NCBI GenBank assembly: GCA_048268245.1
Contig: JBLWVX010000051.1
Span: forward strand, 1-12,758
Direction of reading: 5' to 3'
DNA length: 12,758 bases
Origin: Arcobacteraceae bacterium
GTDB lineage: Bacteria; Campylobacterota; Campylobacteria; Campylobacterales; Arcobacteraceae
Shown piece after piece: positions 1 through 8,048 of the stretch. The position numbers and the translations under genes are program-made. The notes beneath the pieces were generated by a model. The model was not told the DNA's origin, did no database searches, and saw nothing but the letters and a program-made list of their open reading frames with translations. Positions within the stretch are counted from its first letter, which is position 1. The number at the start of each line of letters is the position of its first letter.

Positions 1-1
1 T

Positions 2-22
2 GAGATTGAAAATGTAGCTTAA
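2..22 (+). CDS. possible 3' end of an upstream gene (...EIENVA*)
   Basis: GAG ATT GAA AAT GTA GCT TAA reads as a plausible C-terminus at the window edge; only 6 codons are visible. Confidence 0.2.
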   Translation, partial: EIENVA

Positions 23-42
23 AATAATAGGTAAAATTGGAA

Positions 43-195
43 TTAAATTTTATTAAAACTTTTCTTGACTTTTAGTGCCATTATAGTAATAGTAAGTTCG
101 TCATGTAAGTGTATTTTCTCACATTGTGTTATTTTATCAATATATCTTAACTCTAAAAAGTTTAGTTTTGAGTTTTTAAAAATTTGAGTGTTCAT
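43..195 (-). pseudogene. truncated N-terminal fragment resembling the cupin-like domain of an AraC-family regulator (50 aa)
   Basis: From ATG at 195: MNTQIFKNSKLNFLELRYIDKITQCEKIHLHDELTITIMALKVKKSFNKI*. The 'FLELRY...C..HLHDELTI' pattern resembles AraC ligand-binding N-termini (HxH). There is no HTH domain and no RBS, and it starts directly after the ppaC terminator. Confidence 0.45.
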
Positions 196-196
196 T

Positions 197-227
197 AAAA
201 AAAAGAAGAACTTAAAAGTTCTTCTTT
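197..227 (-). terminator. intrinsic terminator of ppaC
   Basis: Perfect inverted repeat AAAGAAGAACTT (202-213) / AAGTTCTTCTTT (216-227). The A run at 197-204 gives a U tract on the minus strand, a few nt after the ppaC stop. Confidence 0.8.
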
Positions 228-233
228 GAATAT

Positions 234-1154
234 TTATGCAAATGCAGGTTGTAAGAAAGGAATTACTTGTTTTTTTCTTGAAAGACAACCATCTAACCAA
301 ACTTTTCCATCTTCAAGTTTTGCATCAAATGCTTTTTCAAAGATTGATGAATCCTGTGAAGAAACTAATACTTCTGAACCTTCTTTCATTATATCAGTTA
401 AAAGTAAACATGCTGTATGTAAACCATTTTCTTCTCTTAACTTATCTAAATCAGATTGTAACTCATCTTTGATTGGATCAAAAATAGCTAAATCAACAAC
501 TTCTAATTGTCCAATTCCAACATCATTTCCATGCATATCAAATGGTTTATAGTCTCTTAAAATTAAATCTCTTACAGGAGTTCCATCAACTGCTGATTTA
601 ACTTTAAACATTTCCATACCAAGTGCACCAAAGTCTTCAACACCTGCAATTTCAGCTAATTCTCTTACTACTTCAATATCTTTTGGTGTACAAGTAGGTG
701 ATTTAAAGATAACTGTATCACTTAAAATTGCACATAGCATAACACCAGCAATATTTGCAGGAATTTCTACACCATGATAATCATACATCTCTTTTACAAT
801 TGTATTTGTACAACCAACAGGTCTAATCCAACACTCTAAAGGTGCGTCAGTTGTAATATCACCTAATTTATGATGATCAACGATACCAACAACAGTTGCT
901 TCATCAATATCAGCAGGAGCTTGTCCCTTATCAGAATAATCAGTGATAAATAGTTCACATCCAGCAAACTCAGTTTTAAGCTCTGGAGCTTCAAAACCAA
1001 ACTTATCTAAAATAAATTGTGTTTCAGGAGAAACCTTACCTTGTCTTGCTGGAATTGCTTCTCTTCCAATTTTGTTTAAAAGGTATGCCAATGAAATCGC
1101 TGAACAGATAGAATCTGAATCAGGAGTTGTATGTCCACATGTATAAATTGCCAT
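234..1154 (-). CDS. ppaC: manganese-dependent (family II, DHH) inorganic pyrophosphatase
   Basis: GHTTPDSDS, DHH, LSDTVIFKSPT and C-terminal SRKKQ motifs; 306 aa; AGGA RBS at 1164-1167. Confidence 0.97.
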   Translation of the reverse strand: MAIYTCGHTTPDSDSICSAISLAYLLNKIGREAIPARQGKVSPETQFILDKFGFEAPELKTEFAGCELFITDYSDKGQAPADIDEATVVGIVDHHKLGDITTDAPLECWIRPVGCTNTIVKEMYDYHGVEIPANIAGVMLCAILSDTVIFKSPTCTPKDIEVVRELAEIAGVEDFGALGMEMFKVKSAVDGTPVRDLILRDYKPFDMHGNDVGIGQLEVVDLAIFDPIKDELQSDLDKLREENGLHTACLLLTDIMKEGSEVLVSSQDSSIFEKAFDAKLEDGKVWLDGCLSRKKQVIPFLQPAFA

Positions 1155-1163
1155 TATAAAATA

Positions 1164-1191
1164 TCCTAAATTTAATTTTGAGCATTTTACC
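1164..1191 (-). promoter_or_regulatory. putative sigma70 -10 (ggTAAAAT) and RBS (AGGA) of ppaC
   Basis: ATTTTACC at 1184-1191 reads GGTAAAAT on the minus strand; TCCT at 1164-1167. Confidence 0.45.
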
Positions 1192-1272
1192 TAAAATATG
1201 GTTATGTTACTTTTAAGTATATATGAATAAAATTAATGTTAGATTTTCAATTAAAAATTATAAGGTTAATAA

Positions 1273-2052
1273 ATGAAAAAAAATATTATAGATATCTCAA
1301 TCTGTATAGAAAATGAAATAGCTTCTGATCCAGAGGGATATAGACCAAAAGTTACCTATCTTAATCATCATCAAACCTTTCCTCAAATTGAACCTTTTTT
1401 CCCAGGTTTAAAAAAAGAAGATTTACCTGATGGAGAATTATGGGCAATAGAAAAAGTAGAATTAATAACGCATAATGGTACTCATCTTGATGCACCTTAT
1501 CATTTTCATTCAACTATGAATAAAGGAGAAAAAGCTTTTAGTATTGATGAAGTTCCTTTAGAATGGTGTTTTCAAAATGCAATAAAATTAGATTTTAGAC
1601 ATTTTGAAGATGGTTATCTTGTTACTGTTGATGATGTAAAAGCTGAATTAAAAAGAATAGATTATGAACTACAAGAATTAGATATTGTATTAATAAATAC
1701 AAGTGCAGGGAAAAAGTATGGGCAAGAGGATTACGTATTTTCAGGATGTGGTATGGGATATGAAGCTACTATGTACCTTCTAGAAAAAGGTGTAAGATTA
1801 ACTGGTACAGATGCTTGGAGTTGGGATGCTCCATTTAATCATACTGCACAGAGATATCAAGAAAAGAAAGATTCTTCAATTATTTGGGAAGGTCATAAAG
1901 CTGGTAAAGATATAGGATATTGTCATTTAGAAAAATTACATAATCTTGAAGTTCTACCTTCAAAAGGCTTTATGGTATCTTGTTTTCCAGTTAAAATAAA
2001 AAATGCTTCTGCTGGATGGACAAGAGCTGTTGCTATTTTAGATGAAAAATAA
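1273..2052 (+). CDS. cyclase-family metal-dependent hydrolase (kynurenine formamidase/isatin hydrolase-like)
   Basis: HNGTHLDAPYH matches HxGTHxDxPxH; also GTDAWSWD, HLEKLHNL and a C-terminal P.KI..ASAGWTRAVA; AAGG RBS upstream. Confidence 0.9.
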   Translation: MKKNIIDISICIENEIASDPEGYRPKVTYLNHHQTFPQIEPFFPGLKKEDLPDGELWAIEKVELITHNGTHLDAPYHFHSTMNKGEKAFSIDEVPLEWCFQNAIKLDFRHFEDGYLVTVDDVKAELKRIDYELQELDIVLINTSAGKKYGQEDYVFSGCGMGYEATMYLLEKGVRLTGTDAWSWDAPFNHTAQRYQEKKDSSIIWEGHKAGKDIGYCHLEKLHNLEVLPSKGFMVSCFPVKIKNASAGWTRAVAILDEK

Positions 2053-2063
2053 AAGGATATAAA

Positions 2064-2834
2064 ATAAAAAAAATTTTAAGTTTAAAAAAAGTTGTATTAC
2101 TTTTATTCTTTATTTATTTATTTGGTGGCGTTTATTTATATTTTTTCCAAAGAACTTTTATATATTTTCCTACTAAAAAAATAGAACATAACTCTTTTGA
2201 AGAGACTTTTAACATAGATAAGGAAAAGATAAAAGTAATAGTATTAAATAAAGGCAATAAAAAAGCAATTTTATATTTTCCAGGAAGAAGTGAAACTGTT
2301 GCTAATAATATAGAAAATTATAAAAAAAATTTCCCAAATAGTACTATTTATTTAGTAAACTATAGGTCTTATGGAGGTAGTAGTGGAATTGCTACAGAAA
2401 AAAACCTATACAAAGACGCAAAATATATTTTTGAAAAAGTATCAAAAAGACACAAAAGTATTGATGTCATAGGTAGAAGTTTAGGCACAGGTATAGCTAC
2501 ATACCTTGCTTCAAATTCCAAAATAAGAAAACTAGTATTAGTTACTCCTTATGATAGTATTTTAAATATGGCAAAAGATAAATATCCTTTTTATCCTATT
2601 AAATATATTTTAAAAGATCAATATAATTCAATAAATAGAGTAAAAAAAATAGACTACCCTACTTTGATATTTTTAGCTAGTGAAGATAAAACAGTTAAAC
2701 ATAAATATTCAAAAAATCTAATCAAAGAGTTTAAACCTTCACTTTTGACTGTTAAAACTATAGCAAACACAAATCATAAAAATATAGTTGATGAAGTCCA
2801 ATACTTTAAAAACTTAAAAGAGTTCCTAAAATAA
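2064..2834 (+). CDS. alpha/beta hydrolase with N-terminal membrane anchor (Bem46/ABHD13-like), ~256 aa; start codon is ATA or has been lost
   Basis: The frame of ORF 2568..2834 is open from 2046 with no in-frame ATG/GTG/TTG before 2568. It reads (I)KKILSLKKVVLLLFFIYLFGGVYLYFFQRTFIYFP...YFPGRSE...NYRSYGGSSG...GRSLGTG...LVTPYDS...ASEDKTV...NTNHKNI (GxSxG nucleophile, Asp, His). AAGGA at 2053-2057 lies 6 nt before ATA at 2064. Confidence 0.85.
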   Translation: MKKILSLKKVVLLLFFIYLFGGVYLYFFQRTFIYFPTKKIEHNSFEETFNIDKEKIKVIVLNKGNKKAILYFPGRSETVANNIENYKKNFPNSTIYLVNYRSYGGSSGIATEKNLYKDAKYIFEKVSKRHKSIDVIGRSLGTGIATYLASNSKIRKLVLVTPYDSILNMAKDKYPFYPIKYILKDQYNSINRVKKIDYPTLIFLASEDKTVKHKYSKNLIKEFKPSLLTVKTIANTNHKNIVDEVQYFKNLKEFLK

Positions 2835-2857
2835 AAATACATATTTTTATTTAGGAA
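2823..2857. terminator. hairpin at the convergent hydrolase/kinase junction, probably a bidirectional terminator
   Basis: TTCCTAAAATAAAAATA (2823-2839) pairs with TATTTTTATTTAGGAA (2842-2857) with one bulged A; it includes both stop codons. Confidence 0.5.
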
Positions 2858-4751
2858 TTTTTATTATAAACTTTGCACCTTTTTGTACTACACCTTTATA
2901 GTCAAACTGAGTATTACAAACATCTAAAAGTCCATTCATATTTCGTTCAATGATTTGTTTTGACATATAAAGTCCTAAACCTGTTCCCTTTAATTCACCT
3001 TTAGTAGTAAAATATGCTTCAAAAATCCTACTTATATTCTCTTTTTCAATCCCACCCGCATTATCTTTTATTTCTATAAAAGCATATGTTTCATTTTCAT
3101 AAATATCAATAAAGATTACTCTATAACCTTCTTTTTGTTCTAATGCATCTTTTGCATTATTTAATATATTTAAAAGAACTTGTAAAAGTTCTCTTTCATA
3201 GTTTTCAAGTTCAACAAATTCAACTTTTTTTACTACTTCAATATCATTCTTTTCAAAATATGAAGATAATAACTTGAATGTTTTATCAATACTTGATTCT
3301 AATAAAAATCTAGTAATCTTCTTATTTGACTTGAAAAAACCTCTAAAATCTTCAATAGTATCAGATAAATGATTTGCCGAATTGTTTATAGTATCAAGTG
3401 ACTCATGTAAAAACTCATCATTTAATACTCCAATTTCTTTTTGGAAACTAATAGAACTTGCAGCAGTAGTAATTAAAGATAGAGGTTGCCTCCATTGATG
3501 TGCGATATTTTCTATCATTTCACCCATTGAAGCTAACTTTGATTGTTGAGATAAAAGTTCATATTGTCTTTTATTCTCATCAACATGTTTTTCAATATCT
3601 TTTTTGTATATTTTAAATCTCTTTTCAATTAAAGTTGAAATATAAAAAGATATTACGAGTAAAGATAAGCTAAATAAAATAGCAATAATAAAAATATTTT
3701 TTGTATTTTCATTAAACTCTTGGGTCATTTCTAACTCTTTTTTTTCTAAAACTTTATTTAAATCATTTAAATAAAATCCTGTAGAAATAACCCAATTCCA
3801 CCTAGGTATTTCTTTTACATAAGAAATTTTTGTAAATGCATCTTGAGTATCAGGTTTTGGGAAATTAAGACTTAAAAAACCTCCTCCACTTGAAGTCAAC
3901 TCTCTTGTTTTTTTAATAATATCTACATTATTTATAGTATTTAACTTTTTTAAAGCACTTTTACCTAAAAGCTCTTTTTTAGGATGCTGTAAATATTTAT
4001 TATCTTTATCTAAAACTGCAAAATATCCATTTTTAGAAAATCTAAATTTATCAATTTGTGCTAAAACTTTTTTTTGTATATCTTTTTCAAAATCTTCTAC
4101 ATACTCGCCTGTTCCTATTAACCAGTCTAGTTCATAGATATTTTTTACATAACCTATTTTTTTATACTCTTTTTTATCCTCTTTTGTCTTTCGCCAGTAC
4201 CATTGGTCAAAGCCACCATCATTTTTATCTAAAATCTCTAATACTTTCCTTGCAAAATACTTTCCTTTTGTATCTTGTGAATCTAAAAGATATTTGCCTT
4301 CTAAAAAAGGAAGTAAAGGATGAATAAGGTTATAACCTTGCTTATTGTTTATAAAAAAGTATCCTCTATCGTTGTTAAATCTCATTTTATAAATAACTGT
4401 TTTTATGATATGCTTTATTTCTTCTTTTGAGTGAGTATCTTTATATTTATCATGTATATTAACTATAATCTTATGAGCTTCATCTACTCTCTCTTTCAAT
4501 GATTGCTTTAACTGTTTTTCTGTATATTTTTGTTCTTCCAAAATATAGTTATAAACATTTTCAACTTGTTCTTTTATAATTAACTTATGCTCTTTTATAT
4601 AATTCTCTTTTGTAGTTTTTTTTATGTTTTCAAAATTTGATTTATTTTCAAAATATAAAAATACTGAGATTAATATAGATACTAATAATGTAAAGATAGG
4701 TAGTGCATAACGGATTAAAAAAAGTATTTCTTTTTCATTTTTTAACTTCAT
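2847..4751 (-). CDS. membrane sensor histidine kinase with tandem Cache_2-type periplasmic domains
   Basis: Two TM segments; two repeats of GYF...HP...G...K.(G/S)YVK....W..(G/S)TG.Y; H-box IAHQWRQPL, N-box NILNNAKDA, DNAGGI, YFTTK, GTGLGL. Confidence 0.93.
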   Translation of the reverse strand: MKLKNEKEILFLIRYALPIFTLLVSILISVFLYFENKSNFENIKKTTKENYIKEHKLIIKEQVENVYNYILEEQKYTEKQLKQSLKERVDEAHKIIVNIHDKYKDTHSKEEIKHIIKTVIYKMRFNNDRGYFFINNKQGYNLIHPLLPFLEGKYLLDSQDTKGKYFARKVLEILDKNDGGFDQWYWRKTKEDKKEYKKIGYVKNIYELDWLIGTGEYVEDFEKDIQKKVLAQIDKFRFSKNGYFAVLDKDNKYLQHPKKELLGKSALKKLNTINNVDIIKKTRELTSSGGGFLSLNFPKPDTQDAFTKISYVKEIPRWNWVISTGFYLNDLNKVLEKKELEMTQEFNENTKNIFIIAILFSLSLLVISFYISTLIEKRFKIYKKDIEKHVDENKRQYELLSQQSKLASMGEMIENIAHQWRQPLSLITTAASSISFQKEIGVLNDEFLHESLDTINNSANHLSDTIEDFRGFFKSNKKITRFLLESSIDKTFKLLSSYFEKNDIEVVKKVEFVELENYERELLQVLLNILNNAKDALEQKEGYRVIFIDIYENETYAFIEIKDNAGGIEKENISRIFEAYFTTKGELKGTGLGLYMSKQIIERNMNGLLDVCNTQFDYKGVVQKGAKFIIKIPK

Positions 4752-4828
4752 AATATCTCTTAAAATTTTATTATTTATATTTTGTCATAAAAAAGCTGAA
4801 AACAATCAATTTTCTTTAAATTCCTTTG

Positions 4829-4857
4829 GATATAATAATATTTTATACTAAAAGGAG
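4829..4857 (+). promoter_or_regulatory. putative -10 (gaTATAAT) and RBS (AAGGAG) of ferritin
   Basis: TATAAT at 4831-4836, AAGGAG at 4852-4857, ATG at 4864. Confidence 0.55.
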
Positions 4858-4863
4858 TAACAT

Positions 4864-5373
4864 ATGATTAGCAAAGATTTACAAAAAGCTTTAATAGAGC
4901 AATTAAACAAAGAGTATCATTCTGCATACATTTATTTAGGTATGAGTGCATATTGTTCAAAAGAAGGATTCAATGGTGCTTCAAACTGGTTTTTAATTCA
5001 ATACCAAGAAGAAGTGGCTCATGGAATGAAACTTTTTAAATACTTAGAAGATCAAGATGTAGAAATTAAACTTCCAAAAATTGATGCAGTTGCTGTTGAC
5101 TATAAATCATTATTAGATGTATTTAAAAAATCTTTAGCTCATGAACAAAAAATGACTAAAAATTTAAATAACTTATCTGATTTAGCAATGAAAGAAAAAG
5201 ATCATGCTACTTATAATTTACTTCAATGGTACGTAACTGAACAAGTTGAAGAAGAAGCAACAGTAAGTGAGATTATTGACCATATTAAACTTGTGGGAGA
5301 TAACGGCTATGGGCTTTACACAATAGATAAAGAATTATCAGGAAGAACTTTCGTAGACCCTACAAATCAATAA
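4864..5373 (+). CDS. ftn: non-haem ferritin
   Basis: EQLNKEYHSAYIY, QYQEEVAHG, AHEQ and LQWYVTEQVEEE ferroxidase-centre motifs; C-terminal GLYTIDKEL; 169 aa. Confidence 0.95.
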   Translation: MISKDLQKALIEQLNKEYHSAYIYLGMSAYCSKEGFNGASNWFLIQYQEEVAHGMKLFKYLEDQDVEIKLPKIDAVAVDYKSLLDVFKKSLAHEQKMTKNLNNLSDLAMKEKDHATYNLLQWYVTEQVEEEATVSEIIDHIKLVGDNGYGLYTIDKELSGRTFVDPTNQ

Positions 5374-5393
5374 GAGTTAACTCTTATTGATTT
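5364..5393. terminator. perfect 30-bp palindrome spanning both stop codons of convergent ftn and asparaginase; probable bidirectional terminator
   Basis: AAATCAATAAGAGTT|AACTCTTATTGATTT is exactly self-complementary. Confidence 0.65.
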
Positions 5394-5878
5394 ATTAAAA
5401 ACTGACCTTTTTGTCTGTCTTTTTTGATATTTTCATGAGATACAACAGAACCATGCATAGAAATATAAACACCATTTTTTATAGGAGCATTTAAAAAGCC
5501 AATAGCTTGTGAAAAGTTCATAGTTGCTTCAACTTTTTTAATACTCATGGGAACCATAGCACCTGTTAATACAACTTGTTTATTTACACCTTTATCTTTT
5601 AGATATTGAGCAGTAATATCAATAGTATCTGTTCCGTGAACTATGATTATTTTTTCATTCTCAGATTTATTTATAACTTCAATCATCATATCTCTATCAT
5701 CATTATCAATTTCTAGACTATCTTTAGAAATAATATTTTTAATCTCAAAAGATATATTAAAACAAGACTCAATAATTTCATCTAAAGCTATATTGTCACT
5801 TGGTACTTCAAGTTCACCTTTTAATGGGTTATATCTTTTATTAAAAGTTCCACCTGTATTTATAACTGTAATTTTCAT
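5384..5878 (-). CDS. short-chain (N-terminal catalytic domain only) L-asparaginase, cytoplasmic
   Basis: NTGGT, SKDS, HGTDT and LTGAMVP asparaginase motifs in only 164 aa; no signal peptide; starts 3 nt after the aspA stop. Confidence 0.88.
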   Translation of the reverse strand: MKITVINTGGTFNKRYNPLKGELEVPSDNIALDEIIESCFNISFEIKNIISKDSLEIDNDDRDMMIEVINKSENEKIIIVHGTDTIDITAQYLKDKGVNKQVVLTGAMVPMSIKKVEATMNFSQAIGFLNAPIKNGVYISMHGSVVSHENIKKDRQKGQFLINQ

Positions 5879-5881
5879 ATA

Positions 5882-7288
5882 TTAATTTCCTTCATAATTG
5901 CTTACCATATTTTTTGGATGAAGAAGTTCATCTAACTCTTCTTTTGTAAATAGTTCTTGCTCTAAAATAATATCGTATACTCTTTTATTTGTTGCTAGTG
6001 CTTCTTTTGCCAAAGCTGAACTTTTTTCATATCCTAAAATAGGATTTAAACAAGTTACTAAAGTAACAGAGTTTAGAATATTTTCCATGCAAACATCTTC
6101 ATTTGCCGTGATCCCTTTTATACATTTCTCAGCCAATGAATAAAATGATCTTCTCATCATATTTATAGAAGTAAAAAGTTTATAAGCAACTAAAGGCTCA
6201 AATACATTTAGTTGTAACTGTCCACTCTCACAAGCAATAGAAATAGTAGCATCAGCACCAATTACTTCAAAAGCTACTTGATTTACTACTTCTGGTATTA
6301 CTGGGTTTACTTTTCCAGGCATAATTGAACTTCCTGGTTGCATTGGAGGAAGATTTATCTCATTTAATCCAGCTCTTGGACCACTACTTAAAAGTCTTAA
6401 GTCATTACAAATTTTAGAGATTTTAATAGCAACTCTTTTTAAAATACCTGAGATATGTACAAAAGCTCCTGTATCTTGTGTAGCTTCTATTAAATCCCCT
6501 GCACTTTCATAATCTATTCCAGTTACTTCTCTTAGGTTATTTATAACCTTTCTTCTATACTCTTTTTTTGTATTAATTCCCGTACCAATAGCAGTTGCAC
6601 CTAAGTTTACCTCTTTTAGTAAAGCTTGGGCATCTCTTAATCTATAAATATCTTCATCAACCATAATTGCAAAAGTCTTAAACTCTTGACCTAAAGTCAT
6701 AGGAACAGCATCTTGAAGCTGAGTTCTTCCCATTTTTAATACATCTTTAAACTCAACTGATTTTTCTTCAAAACTGTCTCTTAAGTATCTAAGAGAATCT
6801 TTTAACTTATAAATTAACTCATATAAAGTAAGTTTTATAGCAGTTGGATAAACATCATTTGTAGATTGAGACATATTAACATGATTATTAGGATGAATTA
6901 CATCATAACTACTTCTTTTCTCACCTAATATTTCTAAGGCTCTATTTGCAATAACTTCATTTACGTTCATATTAGTTGAAGTTCCAGCTCCCCCTTGAAT
7001 TGGGTCAACTATAAATTGGTCATTAAATTTTCCATCAATTATTTCATTACAAGCTTGGATTATTGCATCTCTTTGCTTATCATTTAAATCTCCTAATTCA
7101 TAGTTTGTTAAAGCACAAGCTTTTTTAACTTTTGCAAGGGATTTTATAAAGTTTGGAAATAAAGAGATACTTGTTTTTGTAATATCAAAATTCTCTTTTG
7201 CTCTTAATGTTTGTATCCCATAATAACTATGCACATCAATTTTTTTCTCACCTAAGAAATCTCTTTCAGTTCTAAAATTCTCTTCCAT
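5882..7288 (-). CDS. aspA: aspartate ammonia-lyase (aspartase)
   Basis: YYGIQTLRA, QGGAGTSTNMN, HPNNHVNMSQSTNDVYPT, KMGRTQLQDAVP and GSSIMPGKVNP; 468 aa. Confidence 0.96.
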   Translation of the reverse strand: MEENFRTERDFLGEKKIDVHSYYGIQTLRAKENFDITKTSISLFPNFIKSLAKVKKACALTNYELGDLNDKQRDAIIQACNEIIDGKFNDQFIVDPIQGGAGTSTNMNVNEVIANRALEILGEKRSSYDVIHPNNHVNMSQSTNDVYPTAIKLTLYELIYKLKDSLRYLRDSFEEKSVEFKDVLKMGRTQLQDAVPMTLGQEFKTFAIMVDEDIYRLRDAQALLKEVNLGATAIGTGINTKKEYRRKVINNLREVTGIDYESAGDLIEATQDTGAFVHISGILKRVAIKISKICNDLRLLSSGPRAGLNEINLPPMQPGSSIMPGKVNPVIPEVVNQVAFEVIGADATISIACESGQLQLNVFEPLVAYKLFTSINMMRRSFYSLAEKCIKGITANEDVCMENILNSVTLVTCLNPILGYEKSSALAKEALATNKRVYDIILEQELFTKEELDELLHPKNMVSNYEGN

Positions 7289-7318
7289 AATTTAACCTTT
7301 TAAATTGCATTTTATAGA

Positions 7319-7350
7319 ATCATATAAAACAAAAGTATGTAAAAAGTGTG
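7319..7350 (-). promoter_or_regulatory. putative aspA promoter: direct repeat CACACTT-N4-CATACTT 8 nt upstream of -10 TATGAT
   Basis: The minus strand reads CACACTTTTTACATACTTTTGTTTTA-TATGAT; the same architecture occurs at 10703-10734. Confidence 0.55.
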
Positions 7351-7364
7351 TTTTATAAGACAAA

Positions 7365-8048
7365 CTAAATTTTTGCTAAAGTATATCCCTCTTGTGGTAC
7401 ATTTTTGATTACATTTATAGGTAGCTTATGCCTTAAATCTTTTATAAATGATTTTAAAGCATGTGAAGTCATATGTTTATCTTGCCAAAGTTCTAATTCT
7501 ATTTGTTCATAAGTTAAAATAGAATCTTTTTTTTCAAAAAGTATTTGTAAAAAATCTTTTTCTCTTTTTCTTAAAAAGATTGTTTCTTCATTTTTATAAA
7601 TAAGTTCTCTTTTTTGTATATCTAAAACTAAATCCTTACACAAAGTAATAGGTTTTGCTTTTAAATCTACATATTTAGTTAAAGCTTCATTTAGCTTTTT
7701 AAGATTTAAAGGCTTTAAAATAAAATGATTAATATTTAGATTTATTAAATCTACTAAATACTCTTCATTTGAATAAGCTGTAAGCATTATTATAAAGGTG
7801 TTTTTATCTTCTTTTCTTACTTTCTTTACAAGTTCTATTCCATCTCCATCTTTCATTTGTATATCAGAAAGAATAATCTTTGGCTTATAATCTTCATAAA
7901 TTTCAAAGGCCTCTTCTCCACTTCGTGCTTCATAAACCTCATCAAAATAGTATTTTAAAGTTTCAACAACTATTTGTCTAATGCCATCTTCATCTTCAAC
8001 ACATAAAATTGGTATATTTTTTAATTCTTCTAATAAAATTTTATCCAT
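7365..8048 (-). CDS. OmpR/PhoB-family response regulator
   Basis: Receiver domain (VEDE, SDIQM phospho-Asp, LTAYS, LKP) plus winged-helix C-terminus (LTYEQIELELW...LRHKL...GYTL); overlaps the kinase 3' end by 8 nt. Confidence 0.93.
   Translation of the reverse strand: MDKILLEELKNIPILCVEDEDGIRQIVVETLKYYFDEVYEARSGEEAFEIYEDYKPKIILSDIQMKDGDGIELVKKVRKEDKNTFIIMLTAYSNEEYLVDLINLNINHFILKPLNLKKLNEALTKYVDLKAKPITLCKDLVLDIQKRELIYKNEETIFLRKREKDFLQILFEKKDSILTYEQIELELWQDKHMTSHALKSFIKDLRHKLPINVIKNVPQEGYTLAKI

Noticed and set aside
196..300. N-terminal extension of track ORF 43..300
   Set aside because: It overlaps the ppaC 3' end out of frame and crosses its terminator; only the part from ATG 195 looks protein-like.
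226..1146. Plus-strand ORFs 226..552, 236..472 and 943..1146
   Set aside because: Antisense shadows of ppaC with no RBS or recognisable motifs.
2568..2834. 88-aa ORF as an independent gene
   Set aside because: It is the C-terminal third of the hydrolase frame that is open from 2046.
4795..4847. Possible Fur/PerR box upstream of ferritin (GAAAA-N7-TTTTC; TATAATAATATTTTATA)
   Set aside because: Biologically plausible, but the matches are weak and nearly all A/T, so they cannot be distinguished from background by eye.
4058..5885. Plus-strand ORFs 4058..4327 and 5643..5885
   Set aside because: Antisense to well-supported genes; their composition is explained by the opposite-strand codons.
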